Shown: positions 1-13,606, counted from the first letter of the stretch. The stretch is DNA of 64,000 nucleotides from Amoeboaphelidium protococcarum X5 (GCA_023515725.1 JALDTO010000251.1:682001-746000), one strand, 5' to 3'. Made by a program: numbers and translations. Notes: generated by a model not told the origin, from the letters alone.

Positions 1-250
1 TCCATTGAGTGTTTGGTACATTTACACTCTCCACAATCTTTTCCTCCCTGCGCAATCGAGATAATTCTTACTCAATCTCTACAATCTCCTAAGGCTTTTC
101 ATTACGCGTCTACTTTGTCAGATGATTGTAATAATAATAGACTCCATCACCGCCGGGTAATGCTGATGTAGAATAAGTAGTGGCAGATCTCTCTTCAGTC
201 CAATAATTAATCTTTGGAATCTTGTCAAAGTACTGATGCGTTCTCTCCAT
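1..250 (-). CDS. WW-domain pre-mRNA splicing factor, TCERG1/Urn1/Dre4-like (5' part; runs off window start)
   Basis: ATG at 250. With TAG=Gln it reads ...WTEERS...GVYYYYNHLTKQTRNEKP (WW domain), then EKIVESVNVPNTQW, which resembles the lead-in to the next WW domain in Urn1/TCERG1. Confidence 0.6.
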
Positions 251-520
251 TTTTGTTGTTGGTAATACACTGCGATTAACGGTAAGTGAAAGAGGATAAA
301 GCAGATTTGCGAGCAAAACTAAGAATTAAACTTTCGAACGTGAACTGGTGTAAAATTTCGTCTATTATCATACGAAGCAGTATAAACGGGAAAAGTTGGT
401 CATTATTGAGAAATTTAGTAATGATCAAGCCATTGTCGGATGTGTCTTTTATAGATAAGCTAAGAATGAGAGAACGCATAATGAGGTGAGGCGTCATCGC
501 TGAAACAGATCTGAGTACAG

Positions 521-752
521 ATAGAGATAAAGAAAGAGAGAGCGAGAGAATCCCTCTTCAAACGAGATGTACGACGCGACGCCACATATCTTTCTTATTC
601 TCTTCTCTTCTCATTCTCTCTTCAACGCGGAACGACAAGAATTACTGTGTTTCGCTCTTAGAAGTATCGACAATTACCGTAACCTTTTATATCCATTGTC
701 TACTTGACAGAATTGTTAAATTCTATTTATTAATTCTCTATCTCTCTCTCTC
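521..752. promoter_or_regulatory. Putative bidirectional promoter with opposed GA-rich and CT-rich tracts
   Basis: GA-rich 521-550 faces the minus-strand gene and CT-rich 591-623/736-755 faces SLBP. Sense-strand pyrimidine tracts recur upstream of TLK, WDR48, GGT, TFIP11, DPM3, SAPS and P450. Confidence 0.45.
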
Positions 753-761
753 CTTTACGTT

Positions 762-2654
762 ATGACTAAATTCTAGTTGAATTCTCTTGGTGCTCAGGCT
801 GTCGGTGCTGCTGATGTGTCTCGTGGTGAATAAGTGGACAGTGCTGCCAAATTGGCTGCTTAGTAGTTGCACAGTGCTTCCACTCTCGAGAAGAAGTAGA
901 GTAATAATGTGTCCCAAAATTCTGCGTCTGGTGTCCTTACTCCTTCAGATTCTAGAAATTCTATTAGTAGTGGTCATCAGGATGAATTTCCTAGTCAGAA
1001 GCGCTAGTTGAGTCCACAAAAAGTGTAGGTGTCTTAGAAGTAGATACTGCTGTAGAATGGTGGCAACACTGTGGCTACTGTGAAGAGAGTCCGTCCCATT
1101 TAGGTTGCACCTCCTCCCGGTCTGCTGAAGCATACATCCAATGTCCAGAATCACCAATAGCATGGTGGTGCTGCTAATTTGCCTGGGTCATACGTTCAGG
1201 TGGATGCTCCGTAGCAGCACATAGACTCCAACTACCAAAAGTTCATCAAGTTACGTGCTGTGAGTGGTGCTCTGGCTTCAGACTGGTCAGTTGGACGTGC
1301 TTTGCCTGAGGTTCCGAGGTATTTGAGTGCCGAGTTGGCCAGTGCTTCCATGTCTATGCAGTAAATGGTTGGTGTTCATGCCCAGTATCGACAACTGTGT
1401 CAGTAATAATAGTTATAATAACAAGGTGGTTCTTAGTAGTAGTAGTAGCAGTAGTAGTAGTAGTAGCAGTAGTAGTAGTCTGCGCATTTGAACTAGGTGT
1501 CCGTATAGTCCTCAGTTAATGTATCTGAGAATGTCACCTTGTAGCCACAGTAATTGGCTAAACCCGTGGATTCTGTGTATATTCCTCCTCCTCTACGTTC
1601 AAAGATTGAAGCTAGACTTACTGAGCCTTTGGGTCAAAGTGCTGCTGGTGCATTTAAAGTTTCTCAGTTGAAAGATTCGTACGCTCCTCCTATTATTAAG
1701 GATTCTTCTATAGCTGATCAGTCTTCATCTGCAAGCGTTAATCAGAGTAGTGGCAATAATAAGCGGAGATTGGCTCCTACAAAGGTGACTGCCTAGTAAA
1801 TGTTCTCTTTGAATGCTCCTGCTAAGTTTTAGCAGCACCCGCTTAGGTAATAATAGTAACAGCAGCAAGTTGACTCTGGTCTGTCTTATTCATCCATGGT
1901 CAGTAGAAATGTTTAAGCTCCTACTATCACTCCTCCCCTTGTTGTTGAAAAGTAGAAAGTTGATCTTCCAGCTGTTGTTGAATCTGAGGCAAGTAACAAG
2001 CCAGTGGTTGGTAAGGTGGCATCTAATTTGACTCTACAACTCAAGTCCCTGTCTGTGAGCACTTAAAATGTAGCTGATATTGCTACTGGTGTGTCTTCTC
2101 AACAAGAAGTTGCTAAGACTGAGGAGCCTCTGGACATTGGCCAGAGTGATTCTGCTCCATCTAAAGAGCCAGTGAGAGTCGACGATGTTGATATTGGGAT
2201 ATTGGAAGATGCCATGGTTTTAGATCAGATGGAGGACATTCAAGAGACTGTTTCTCCACTGAAAGAGGGAGATTAAGTTGTTCAGTAGGAACGTCCAAAG
2301 ATCCCGCCTCCGCCACCGTCTGACCCTGAGCGTCGTCTTGCTCAGCGTCAGAAGCAGATTGATATTGGTAAGAATACTCCAGAGTATAGAAACTATATCA
2401 GTATCAAGCCGAATAAGAACAGACGTGGAAGATATGATCCGTAGACTCCTGATAAGCACCAGGATATCAGTAAGCGTAACTGGGAGGGCTAGATGAAAGT
2501 ATGGCGTCGCAAGTTGCACATGTTCGATAACATTGATGCGGTGAAGGGCAGTGCTGGAAATGTGTCTGCAAATGTGAATAACTTTAAAAGATTTGAGAGA
2601 AATGCCAGTAAGAAGAGTGAGGACAAGGAGAACATCATCGTTGGTCGATAGTGA
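762..2654 (+). CDS. SLBP: Histone mRNA stem-loop binding protein (SLBP) with long low-complexity N-terminus, 630 aa
   Basis: Single frame ATG762-TGA2654 under UAR=Gln. C-terminal RLAQRQKQIDIGKNTPEYRNY...PQTPDKHQDISKRNWEGQMKVWRRKLHMFD is the SLBP RNA-binding domain. Confidence 0.9.
1434..1478 (+). repeat. Poly-Gln codon tract (TAG)5 CAG (TAG)5 CAG (TAG)3 inside SLBP
   Basis: 15 in-frame codons with TAG and CAG intermixed. Confidence 0.9.
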
Positions 2655-2796
2655 AAAGGTGAATGGTCGGTGATAATGTATATTGTACAGATAACATGAT
2701 ATTGAACCCGAAAATCAGTGTATTAAAATTGATCCATTCATGTATTCTCATTCATCTCATTCAATTATTGCCATTAACGATAGTAACCAAAATTTT

Positions 2797-5370
2797 TCAT
2801 TTCATAGATGTCTTGTTCGTGTTAACATGTGCACCATTGACAACAGAGTTATTCACAGGAATCACCTAAATTCTTTTTGGTGGATTGAGATACGGATCGC
2901 AGCAGATAGTGAGGACATCAGGCCGTAACTCCTAACGGTATTCTAAGCATCGCTTAATAAAGTTCTAGGCTTCAATGGAGATATTTGGTTTAGCAGGAAA
3001 TGTGACATTGTAGGCTTTCATTATAGTATTCTCGGCCAAGATGGTATTCTGCGACTGATCTTAACCAAAAGGTTTGACGCCAAACAGCAACTGGTAAAAT
3101 ATAACACCTGCACTCCACACATCAACCTTGGACGATATTCTCACACCACCACCACCATTTTCTCCCGACACATTTCCTTGATAGAAACACTCTGGCGGCA
3201 GATAATAATAGGTACCTGCAAACTGGCTGGTCAGCTCAATGTCACCATCACCACAGTCGTTCTCTATAATCTTGGACAATCCGAAATCTGTCAATTTTAT
3301 CCCATCATCAAACATGAGAATATTAGCAGGCTTAAGATCATAATGGATAACAGGTGGATTGATCGAGTTTAGATACTTTAACGCATTAAATACCTGCAGT
3401 ATAACCGCCTTGGCCTCCTTCTCAGGTAAGCATCGATTACTGCTTAAAGGCAGAGACTTGCAATACATATCTAGATCCATATTAGGACAATACTCCAATA
3501 CAATGGCAAATGAATTGTCATCAATCTCAAACATTTCATACAGATGGACAATTCTCTAATGGTTTAAAGACTTGTGGATTTTAAGCTCTCTAATAACATG
3601 CTTGATATAGTTTTGTCTCTTTTAATAACTCCATTGCTAATTCTACACATATGATATGAGCATTATAGGTTAATACGATTGGTTTAAACAAACTATAAGT
3701 CTTACCAAAGTCTGAATCTTGCATGCAACTTCTCTGAAAGTTTGCAGATCAAAAGCTTTATACACCTCGGAGAATCCACCTTTACCAACCAGTTTTGTCA
3801 GCAGATAGCGACTATCGAACAAGGGAAAATCTTTAAACTTGGAGCAGTCTTCATCCCGGATGCGTCGCAGCTCTATGGCGTGCAGCTCCTTCTAATGATG
3901 AATTTTCTCTCTTTCCAACATCAGTTCACCCTCTTCCTTCTTTAGATTCCCCAACTTCCACTTCAAAGCCTCGTCTTACTCATAAAGCTCAAAGTCTTGA
4001 TTTTAAATTGAGTCAATATTATCAGATATCTTAGAGTGCTTCCTTTTAAGAGTTAACTGCTTTCTCTACTTTTCAATATCTTCCTTCATCTGCTAAATTC
4101 TTTTCACTTTCTCATCCATATCCATCAATAGCTGACCATCTGACAATATCTCTCTATATCCATGACCGTGCTGTTCAGTCATAAGAGAACCAAGCTAAAG
4201 AGAATTAAGAGCTGCACTCCGACGGCATTCCAGACGTTCAGCTTTGGCATTATCCAAAATCAGTAACTTGAGAGCATTCTGAGCAGATTTTGCTTGATGA
4301 TCATATTTCTCACTCAAATCAGATAATTTATCTTCATAGAATGTAATAGTCTGATGCTTCTCATTGTGTAGACTCTTGATAGATTACTCTTTTTACATAA
4401 TATCATCTTGAAGCGAAGATATCTTACTAGACAACTCCCTTTGCACTCGCAAATGTTCATCATATAGAATCATGTTAGCATTCTCCTTCTGCGACACCTA
4501 CTATTCAGGTTTAAAGTAATCATCAATACGCAGTTTACGGGGAGTCTAAGCAATATCATGTTCGGCGGTATTCATCTTAATTGATGGCGACTATACGCAA
4601 CTGGATGATGCTGCATTCCTCTAAGGAGTACTAGAATTAGATATGCGATGAGGAGTAGATGTTTAAGCAGCATCTTGTTGTCTAACTCCGGGCACATTCA
4701 GAGCCGCACTCTCTATATTACCACCTCTTTTAGCCTGACTCAGCAAAAGTCTCTCAAAACGCGCTTTAACTTACTTAGGGGTGCGCTTCAACTTTGCCCA
4801 TTGTACAATTTATGGCCAATCATGACCAAACTTGAATATTCCATCTTCAATCAAGCGATCTTCGTCAGATGTAAAGCGAACATGAGCGGTCTTTTTCAGA
4901 GCACTGTGTTAATCATCGACAGCACCAGTTGTAGAATTAGCCATGCCATCAGCAGCTTTGTCCCCAGTCCAGACAATCTATGAGTCTTTAGCCAATTCAT
5001 GAAAGTTGGGATAGCAGTCAGGTGTGGAGGCATCATCGCGTTTCAACGGCGAAAACTGGAGTGGATCCTTCCCAGGGCCAACAGAGAGACGCTTATTCAA
5101 CAATAATTGGGATGTGAAGTCCTAGTCCTCAAAGTCATCCAGAATTGAATCTTCAGCAAGAGTGTCAATCATGGGATAATTTCGAGTTGGACCTTAATGA
5201 GGAGAGGATTGGTGTAAATTGAATTTTGCGCAGTGAGACTTGTCCGGCAATGCTAAGGTATCCAATATATCCGAATACGGGAATTGTTTCAACTTTTTAT
5301 TAGGATACTAGACATTTCCGACATATAGCTGCTATTCATTTTCTTTATCTACAGTGAGTTCTAACGTCAT
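2797..5370 (-). CDS. TLK: Tousled-like Ser/Thr kinase, about 836 aa, one intron (3643-3705)
   Basis: [23 protein letters not shown]|[77 protein letters not shown] are TLK signatures. A coiled-coil region lies upstream. TGA at 2797. Confidence 0.92.
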
Positions 5371-5632
5371 CCCTGTGAACTAGGTGACTTTAATTTCTCA
5401 AATATTATCAAGATACGGAGGATCGAGCAAGAGAAGGAGAAACGTCTGAGGAGAAACAAGAAAGGAAATCCGCATTGGGGTTGGGGGAAAGTTTTCGACG
5501 CGACGCGAAGTGAAACGAAATCGAATTTCAATCGAATCAAACAACATTTGATGATGATGGACGTTGTTACTTTGATAAAAGGGAAGAATGATTCTAGTAC
5601 GTAAAAATATTTCACACAAACAACAATCAATA

Positions 5633-8021
5633 TCATTGCAGCTCTTGCTAATCTGCGTAATGAAGAATCAATTCACTACCGCTGAATCGCTTGTACTTTA
5701 TAGTCGCCAAAGTCAGTTGATGATCCAAAATCTACAAAGACGCGTAATAATAACAATAATGTATCTCATCGTCATACAATTCAATGTCCTACCTGATCAT
5801 TGAGCAAAATTATAAGAGACTTTTTGAAATCCTTGTTACTGTATAGAGTCTTGTGACTTTGGCTTAAATCTTCAGCGATAAAGTCTACGATTTTAGCCAA
5901 TTAAATCATTCTATTAGTAACCAGTTTATCTTTTCTACACAAAATGTTTATCAGAATATAACTTGATGGATAAAGTAGAGCATACGATTAAGATAGACGA
6001 GGTAGAGCACTCTTAGAATGTGGCAATACGGTAAACGATATCTTCACAATATCTTTTTAAATTGGAACATCCTACAAAGCTAAATGCGAAACATTGCAAT
6101 ATACCACAAGATAAGCATACAGTACCTTTATAATGTAGGTGTCAATCCAATTAGGAAGATATTTGTTCAATGACTGGAAATTCTACTTCACATTACCCAG
6201 TTTGCATGAAAATATCTAAACAGGAACACATGCCTCGTTATGATCCATCTAAAACATAAGATTCGTATCAGGTAAGAACTTTACAAAAAACTTTTTCTCT
6301 TATCCTTCAAGTTTGGCCGTTCCATCAGAGCTTTGCGTCATCTACTTCTAATCTATAAAAGTTTTAAGCAATGAAGATAGTACAAGCTTGCCAACTATCA
6401 CTCGCATATCTTGACCATCGGCAGTAGAAGATGAAGACTTTCTGATAGCACTCTCGTACAATTCACCATCGAAAGCTTTCACCTCATTCAGAATGACTCT
6501 TAAGAGTCCATTGACACACTCAACGTTGCACCATTGCGCGCACCAATCGCTGGATTAGTTAAGTCTGTTGTACAATGCTTCGAAATCTTTATTGTTCATT
6601 TTTTCGAACTACTAAACAACTTGGCCATGAAGAATATTTACCAATTAGATATTTCCAGATATGGACATGGTCAACACGGATATGCGATCGTCCAACATGA
6701 GCTGTTTATGAATACCGTCTTGACACTAACTTTAAGCTATGGGCTCTATAGCTGGGATAAGAAGATCATCATCACCGCTCAAATCCACAGAACTATCCCA
6801 CAGCTCAACTGTTGGCTAATCTGTTCCACACACCAAGTAATTACGATGCGGAAGCCAGCACAGAGCAGTGATAGGCCGCTCATTCAACGCCACCACATGA
6901 TCGATGTATTCTTGAGAACCATCTCGGCGACGTTTAAAATGCCACATAGAGCCATCACGACACCCAGCGTAAAATTGAGACAAATCCGAATCGGCATTAT
7001 CGTGGCAGGATTGTGAAGATAACTCAAAGACTGAATCCTCAAAGTCACTAATTGTTTAGAGGCATCGCATCATACGCAGGGACCATATCTTGACAGTTTT
7101 GTCTGAACTGGCAGAAATTAAAGTTTATCCATCTGCAGAACTTAATAAACTCCTTACAGTGGCGCCATGAGCTTTAAGAGAATGTGCGGCGTGTTCCAAT
7201 CTTGGATCAATGATACTAACCATCTACAAAGTGCAAGAAACACTGAAAGTTATCACACTGTAATGATTATTACAAAATAAGAATAAATTACCCCTTTAAA
7301 ACTTCCAGCACATACAATATTACCGTCCCAAGATGTTGATAATGAGTAATTAGACTCAAGAGTACCCAAATGCCCACGAACCAGATCTACACCACAGTCA
7401 TCAAAAGCAAAGGTATTGATAAATACAAAGCAGTGTTCACAAATTTACCTACAGCACCGCCATTTTCTACATTCAGATCCCATTTAATAACTCTACCATC
7501 AAGTCCGGTAGAAAATAATTAATGTCCTTGATTAAAAGGAACAGCAAGTTTCTTCACAAAGTCAACGTGTCCCGATAGCACTGTAGAGTATTAAATGTCA
7601 CTCTTACGCAAGTCAGAAAGATTCCAGCATTTAATCGTAGCATCAGAACTAGCAGATACCACTACATGTATGTAAACACATAATGTTCATTCAAGAACTT
7701 TCACAAAATCTAAATAATTACGCGTTTATGCTTGATTAGCTAATTATAAGTCATTGATCCAATAATGATGTGCTTGCCATGCATCTTGTAATTAAATACT
7801 CAACTACATTGAACTTATAAAGATACTTTTAGCTTGTGAATTATTAAAGAATAACGTACATTGGTAGATTTATTATGTTCTAGAGACCAGCGTATAATTT
7901 AACCATCTTTCCCACCAGAGTACACCAAATCGTCTAATGACACGATACTATTCACACCAAGACGATGCCCCACTCCCTATTCATTCAATGGCAATTCATA
8001 AGCTAAACTGACTTTACTCAT
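5633..8021 (-). CDS. WDR48: WD40 deubiquitinase cofactor WDR48/UAF1 (Duf1/Bun107-like), 7 introns
   Basis: GHRLGVNSI..VYSGGKDGQIIRW, AHHYWINDL, LVSASSDATIKCW, and C-terminal KISFTVLP..ILDHQLTLATIK..ELILHY. Introns at 7804-7859, 7662-7721, 7387-7448, 7224-7291, 6072-6125, 5935-5985 and 5732-5792. Confidence 0.85.
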
Positions 8022-8305
8022 TCTATATACACATACAGAGAGCTATTTAGATAAATAAGGCAGCGTAATCTCTACTTCTGACAAGGAAGTAAAACAGGGA
8101 CAGGACGAGAACGTGAAGAAAGAGCGAATGAGAGAGAGAGAGTGAATAATGGAGAGAAAGAGTTGTTTCATCGTTCCATTGACTGAAGGAAGGATCAGGC
8201 GGAGACAACAATCTCCACGTCAGTATTTTTTATCGTTTCTCGCTCCCTGAATTTCATTTCAGTCTACGTAGTGGTCAATTTGAAACAAGTATCTTATAAT
8301 ATAAA

Positions 8306-10039
8306 ATGAATAGGGCAGGGACTATGTTACGTTATATATCGCTTATGTTTGCTATAGTTTATACGTTTGGCTTAGTTGGTGCTGTTCCCTATCCGAACAG
8401 ATTATCATCGGATCGTCATCATAGTGATCGTCATCATGACCATGGTTAAGTTCAGCGGAATAATGATGATAGAAATGTATCGCATCTCTTGATAACTAGC
8501 GGTATTAATTCTTCGTCAGCTTAGTCTGCTATTCCTGTCGGTAGCTTGGCATTCTATTGGAGATTGGGCGCCATTTTGTTGTTACTTCTGCTGGCCGCTG
8601 TGGTATCTGGCCTTACGCTTGGCTACATGTCTCTGGATGAGAACTCGCTGCGTATTATAAGGAGAAGTGGTACAGAGTAGTAGAAGCGTTACGCTGCTCT
8701 AGTGGAGCCGCTCAGGAAGAAGGGGCATTTATTACTGTGCACTTTGCTAATAGCCAACATGCTCGCTAATGAGACACTTCCCATACTGTTTGACGATCTG
8801 ATAGCTGGTGGTGGTCTGTACGCTGTGATAATCTCTACAGCTCTTATTGTTCTGTTTGCGGAGATTATACCGCAGGCAGTATGTAGCCGTCACGGCTTGG
8901 TCATTGGTGCGCGAATGGCTTGGCTTGTTCGCATATTGATGTTCATCCTTTATCCCATAGCATGGCCTATCGCTAGATTACTAACACTTGTCCTTGGCAC
9001 TCACAAAGGTGTGGTGTACAGGCGCGCAGAACTGAAAGAGCTTGTAGATATGCATAGTAAGACTTAGTTGGGTGATTTGTCCCAAGACGAGGTTCGCGTG
9101 ATAAAAAGCGTCCTCGATGTGAAGTCCATGCAGATTTAATAGTTAATGACTCCCTTGGATAAAGCATTTGTTCTTGATATAGACACGGTACTTGATGATG
9201 ATGCTCTGAAAGTGATAAATGCCCTTGGGTATAGTAGAATACCAGTGTTCAAGACTAATCGATCTAACATTATTGGTAATTTGCTTGTAAAGAGATTGAT
9301 ATGTAGTCGCTTCGAAGGAAGTATTACTGATAAAGCGCATAGCTGTCGTATTAGAGATGTAAAGAGTCATGCAGTAGTACACTGTTTACATCTACCCGGT
9401 CATATGGAGGCATTTGATGCACTTCGCAAGATGAGAGAGGCGAGATGTCATCTAGCAATCATTATTGAAAAAACTAAAGGCTGTATTGATCATTCTGCTA
9501 TTGGAATAATCACTATGGAGGACATCATAGAGCGGATGATTGGTTCTGACATCTTGGATGAGACAGACATGATACCACCTACTGATACTTAGTAGATGCC
9601 AGAATGTCTTGATAGGAATTAAATCAGCGTGTAATAGAAACAGATCAACAACTTTGACCACGGTTTGAAGCATAAAGTTCAGGGAAAAGCTATCAGAATT
9701 AGACGCAAATCTACAGTGAGGAATAGAATGAGAAGAGAAGTGTATTTGAATAAAGACGAATATGAGCACTTGATGGATAATGAAAATCGTGTCAATTAGC
9801 TAGAGAAGCAGGGGATGATGAGTGGCGATAATATTATAACTAGCGATGAAAGTTCAAGTAGCCTTGGATCGAGAACTATTGCCTCTTAAAGCAGTTCTAA
9901 TCACTAGTAGAGTGCTCCATATTAAATTGAAAGTTTTGCCTCATAAATTCTGAGTGGCGATACTCTAAACAGTGGTAGTAATATGGAAGATTAACCGGAT
10001 AATGACGAATCTGAACATCTCTTGAATCAAGAGCTTTGA
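8306..10039 (+). CDS. CNNM/Mam3 family metal-homeostasis protein (signal peptide, DUF21 TM domain, CBS pair), 577 aa
   Basis: SGLTLGYMSLD, HLLLCTLLIANMLANETLPILFD, LIVLFAEIIPQAVCSRHGL, GYSRIPV, GIITMEDIIERMIGSDILDETD. Confidence 0.93.
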
Positions 10040-10456
10040 AACAACTTTGACTATCCGTTGTGTGAACGTATGAGATGATGATTCCGTTTGTTGTATTAAA
10101 CTTCAATAATTCTGCTTTTATACTTAATGCTTTAGAATAATAAATGGTCATCACTATCAAAAGGAAATGAATATGGACGCCAAGATCCTATGCCCAAATG
10201 ACGTGATGTCGCCTCTATCTCTCGCCACCGCATCTTTTCAAGGGAGCTTTCGCCGCTGCTAAAAAGATCTCTCCTTCGCTTCTTCTTCTTCTTCTTTCGG
10301 CTACTGTACGTCAATCCTGATTTGATCTCATCGGCTATCACGTAGTGCCTGCCCCTTTGAGATACACCGCTATTTATATCATCATCCATTGCATCAGCTA
10401 AAAATTTTCAAGTATCATAAAAAGCGAATTTGCATTTAATAAGCGATCAAAATAAG

Positions 10457-12313
10457 ATGAAGTTTTTTGGGAGGAAAAGCAGAGATTTGGAATTGTAGGA
10501 TAATTCATCATCGTAAGCAAGACCATTGCTTGCGTCATTCGCCGTGGATAATACATAGAGAAATCGACACAGACGAAAGATTGTGGGTGCTATTCTATTA
10601 TCATTACTAGCTCTGGGAATATTTGCCGGTATTATTATCGGTGTAATTGTGAAGTGGCAACTCAATAATCGGTCTGATTACTAATATCCCAAGGAGAATC
10701 ACATTGGTGCGAATGGTGCTGTAGCCACTGAGCATCCTCGCTGTAGTGAGGTTGGGTTGAATATCCTGAAAAGTGGTGGGAATGCAATTGATGCAGCTAT
10801 TGCAGCTGCTCTGTGTATCGGCACCATTAATTCATTTAGCTCTGGTATCGGCGGTGGTGGATTCATGATGATACGATTGAATAATTCCCAGTCTACATTT
10901 ATAGATTTCAGAGAAACTGCCCCTGCTCTATCTAATCACACAATGTATCAAGGCCGGCCTGAGGCTAGCGAAGTTGGTGGACTCGCTGTTGCTGTGCCTG
11001 GTGAGCTGCGTGGATTCGAGATGGCACACAAGAAGTATGGTCGACTGTCGTGGTCAAGTCTTGTAGCTCCGTCTATAGAGATTGCTCGTGATGGATTCGT
11101 TGTATCTCAGCTCTTAGAGCGCCGCCTTAAGGAAGATGAGTAGTACATTATGGCTGATGCTGGTCTGCGAGAGGTTTACACCCGTAATGGTAATCTGTTG
11201 AAAGAGGGACATTAGGTACAGCGAATCAAATTTGCTGATACTTTGTAAAAGATTGCTGATAATGGAGCTGATGCTTTTTACAATGGTGATATTGCTTAGT
11301 AACTTGTGTCTTTTATTCAAGAAAATGGCGGAATCATATCTTTGGAAGATTTAGAGAATTATAAGGCTGAAGAGAAACCGCCAATGGAAGGATGGTATCA
11401 CGGCAAAAGAATTGTCACGTCGCCATTGCCCACTTCAGGTCCGATATTGCTTGAGATTTTGAATATTTTAGAGGGATATGAAATGGAAGGATCCTCATTT
11501 TACCCAAGCGCGTTGAGAGTCCATCGAATAATTGAGGCTATGAAATTTGGTTATGCCGCTCGCACAGAGTTGGGTGATGAAAAGTATCTGCCTTCAAATT
11601 TTAGTGCTCGAGTTTAGGAAATTGTGAGCAAGAGTTATGCATCTAAGGTGCGTGCTAAAATCACAGATGATAAGACGCACGATTGGCAGTATTATAATCC
11701 TCAATTTGATTCTGTTGAGAGTCCAGGTACTACCCATATATCGGTGGTTGATAACGAAAGTGGCACAGCAGTTAGTATGACATCGACAATCAATCTGAGT
11801 TTTGGCAGCAAGTTGATGTGCCCTCAGACTGGTATAATTCTCAATAATGAGATGGATGATTTCTCTCTCCCTAATAAGACGAATGCTTTCGGACTGCGTC
11901 CATCCAAGAATAACTTTATCCACCCGGGTAAGCGTCCGCTATCTAGCTCTGTTCCCACCTTTGTGGAATAAAATGGGAATCTCACCATGGTCGTTGGTGC
12001 AAGTGGTGGATCTAAAATTATTACTGCCACGCTGCAGACTATTCTGAATCTTCTAAATGGTTATTCTGCCGCTCAGTACGCTATCGACGCACCAAGGTAC
12101 CATCATCAGTTGCTTCCTAACCATCTGCAGGTGGAAAGTACATTTTACTATGCTGATGTTCTTAATAGTCTAAGGTATAAGAATCACACCATTGTTCAGC
12201 TGAAGTAAGGCTACGGATTAGGTGATGTTTAATGTGTGCAGCGTAATGTGAAGACTGGCTGGCTTGACGCTGGCTCTGATAAAAGAAAGGGTGGTAAGGC
12301 TCTGGCTTATTGA
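10457..12313 (+). CDS. GGT: Gamma-glutamyltranspeptidase, type II membrane, 618 aa
   Basis: N-terminal TM segment, GGNAIDAAIAAALCIG, SSGIGGGGFM, DFRETAP, GTTHISVVD (catalytic Thr), LNNEMDDFS, GKRPLSS, GASGGSKI, SDKRKGG. TGA at 12311-12313. Confidence 0.96.
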
Positions 12314-12478
12314 TTATGGTGTCGGATAGCTTCTTCTTTCTTTGAGGTATAACAGTACCGTATGTAATTTCGTTTGTCTCTCTATAAGTAAGTTTTTTGG
12401 ACTTGGTATTATTTCATTTTATTGCACTAGTCTTTAAGATGGGTGTATTTATTTTGCTTTCACGATACCCCAATTGAA

Positions 12479-13606
12479 TCAAATCACGTATCCAAAGACA
12501 TGTTTAATCTTGTCAAAGTACATTGCACTCCAGTTCTACTTGATCTGCTCCTCTTCCACGAATGGCACATTATCGTGCTGTACATGGATAGTGGTGGAAT
12601 CTGAGCCTTGATCAAAGGTGAGCGTTACTTTAGAAGGTTCATAGCCAGCGGACTCCCATGAACTCAACGACCAGGAGAGTACAACTTTATCAACACTGTC
12701 ATAATCAACAGAGTTTGAAGTGTCCTGATTCTAAGGAATCACATCCAGAATCTAACCATTGATTCCATTGCCATAAATACGCCACTGTAGTCCTTTTTAC
12801 AATCCAATAACAGCTGAAGAATCACCGGTCCAAACTTTGACGCGTTGAGGTTAGAACAAACTGGCCACCAAATCAGCTTTACTACACTTGAACTCTGTCT
12901 TGGTGCTAAATTGGCTCTTTTTGTATTTACTACCATTAGACTGCTAAGATTATGCAGAGGCTTGAGAGGATGCTACCGTGCCGCACTTAAATTCTTAAGC
13001 AACTTTCTACTACTAGCTCTTGGAATCACCACTATCCGATCCTTTAGACTAAGATTATTGTTATGAAGAGGCGGGAGAAGCGGCACTTTTAACAAGCAAA
13101 GTCTCACCATGTTCATCCACCAAAGCCTTGGGGAATTTCTCAACCAGCGTCTCATGAACCTGCGGTATCAACAAAGATTTGATAATCTTCTTCACATCAG
13201 CAGCATTGCGACCATCCTTCAAATCCTTGACGGTTATGTCCAGCAGATAATCATCCAGTTCAGAATCGTGGAAGGCTTCGCTAATCTCAACCTCGGCACT
13301 GCCAACCTGATCGCCACTGCCAGCCTCCTAAACATGAACATTCAATTTCACCTGCAAATCAAAGATGTAAATCACCTTCCCTTTGCGTACATTTAAATCC
13401 ACGTCGCCCTTCACAGAATCAACAGACGCAACCGACAACTTGGTATTAGACTTGGTATCAGTGCACGTCAATCCGGTCAAGTGGGTGCGAAGATAATCTA
13501 CAGACCACGGCAGACAGTCCTTACTCACCCAGTGCCAATTGTTGATATTCTTCCAATTGCTACCAGTGTTGATTGAAGTTTCGCTAGTTGTCTACTACTA
13601 AGTCAT
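12479..13606 (-). CDS. AHA1: Hsp90 co-chaperone Aha1, 375 aa
   Basis: WKNINNWHWVSKDCLPWS, VKGDVDLNVRKGKVIYIFD, and a C-terminal AHSA1 domain ending YFDKIKHVFGY. Confidence 0.93.

Noticed and set aside
1401-1478. TAG/TAA repeat as a non-coding microsatellite, CRISPR-like or telomeric array
   Set aside because: It is in frame within SLBP and interspersed with CAG/CAA, so it is a poly-Gln tract.
6534-7016. 160-aa plus-strand ORF and similar antisense ORFs in the track (e.g. 4648-4983, 28801-29100, 61857-62303)
   Set aside because: They are shadows of conserved genes on the opposite strand and have no recognisable motifs.
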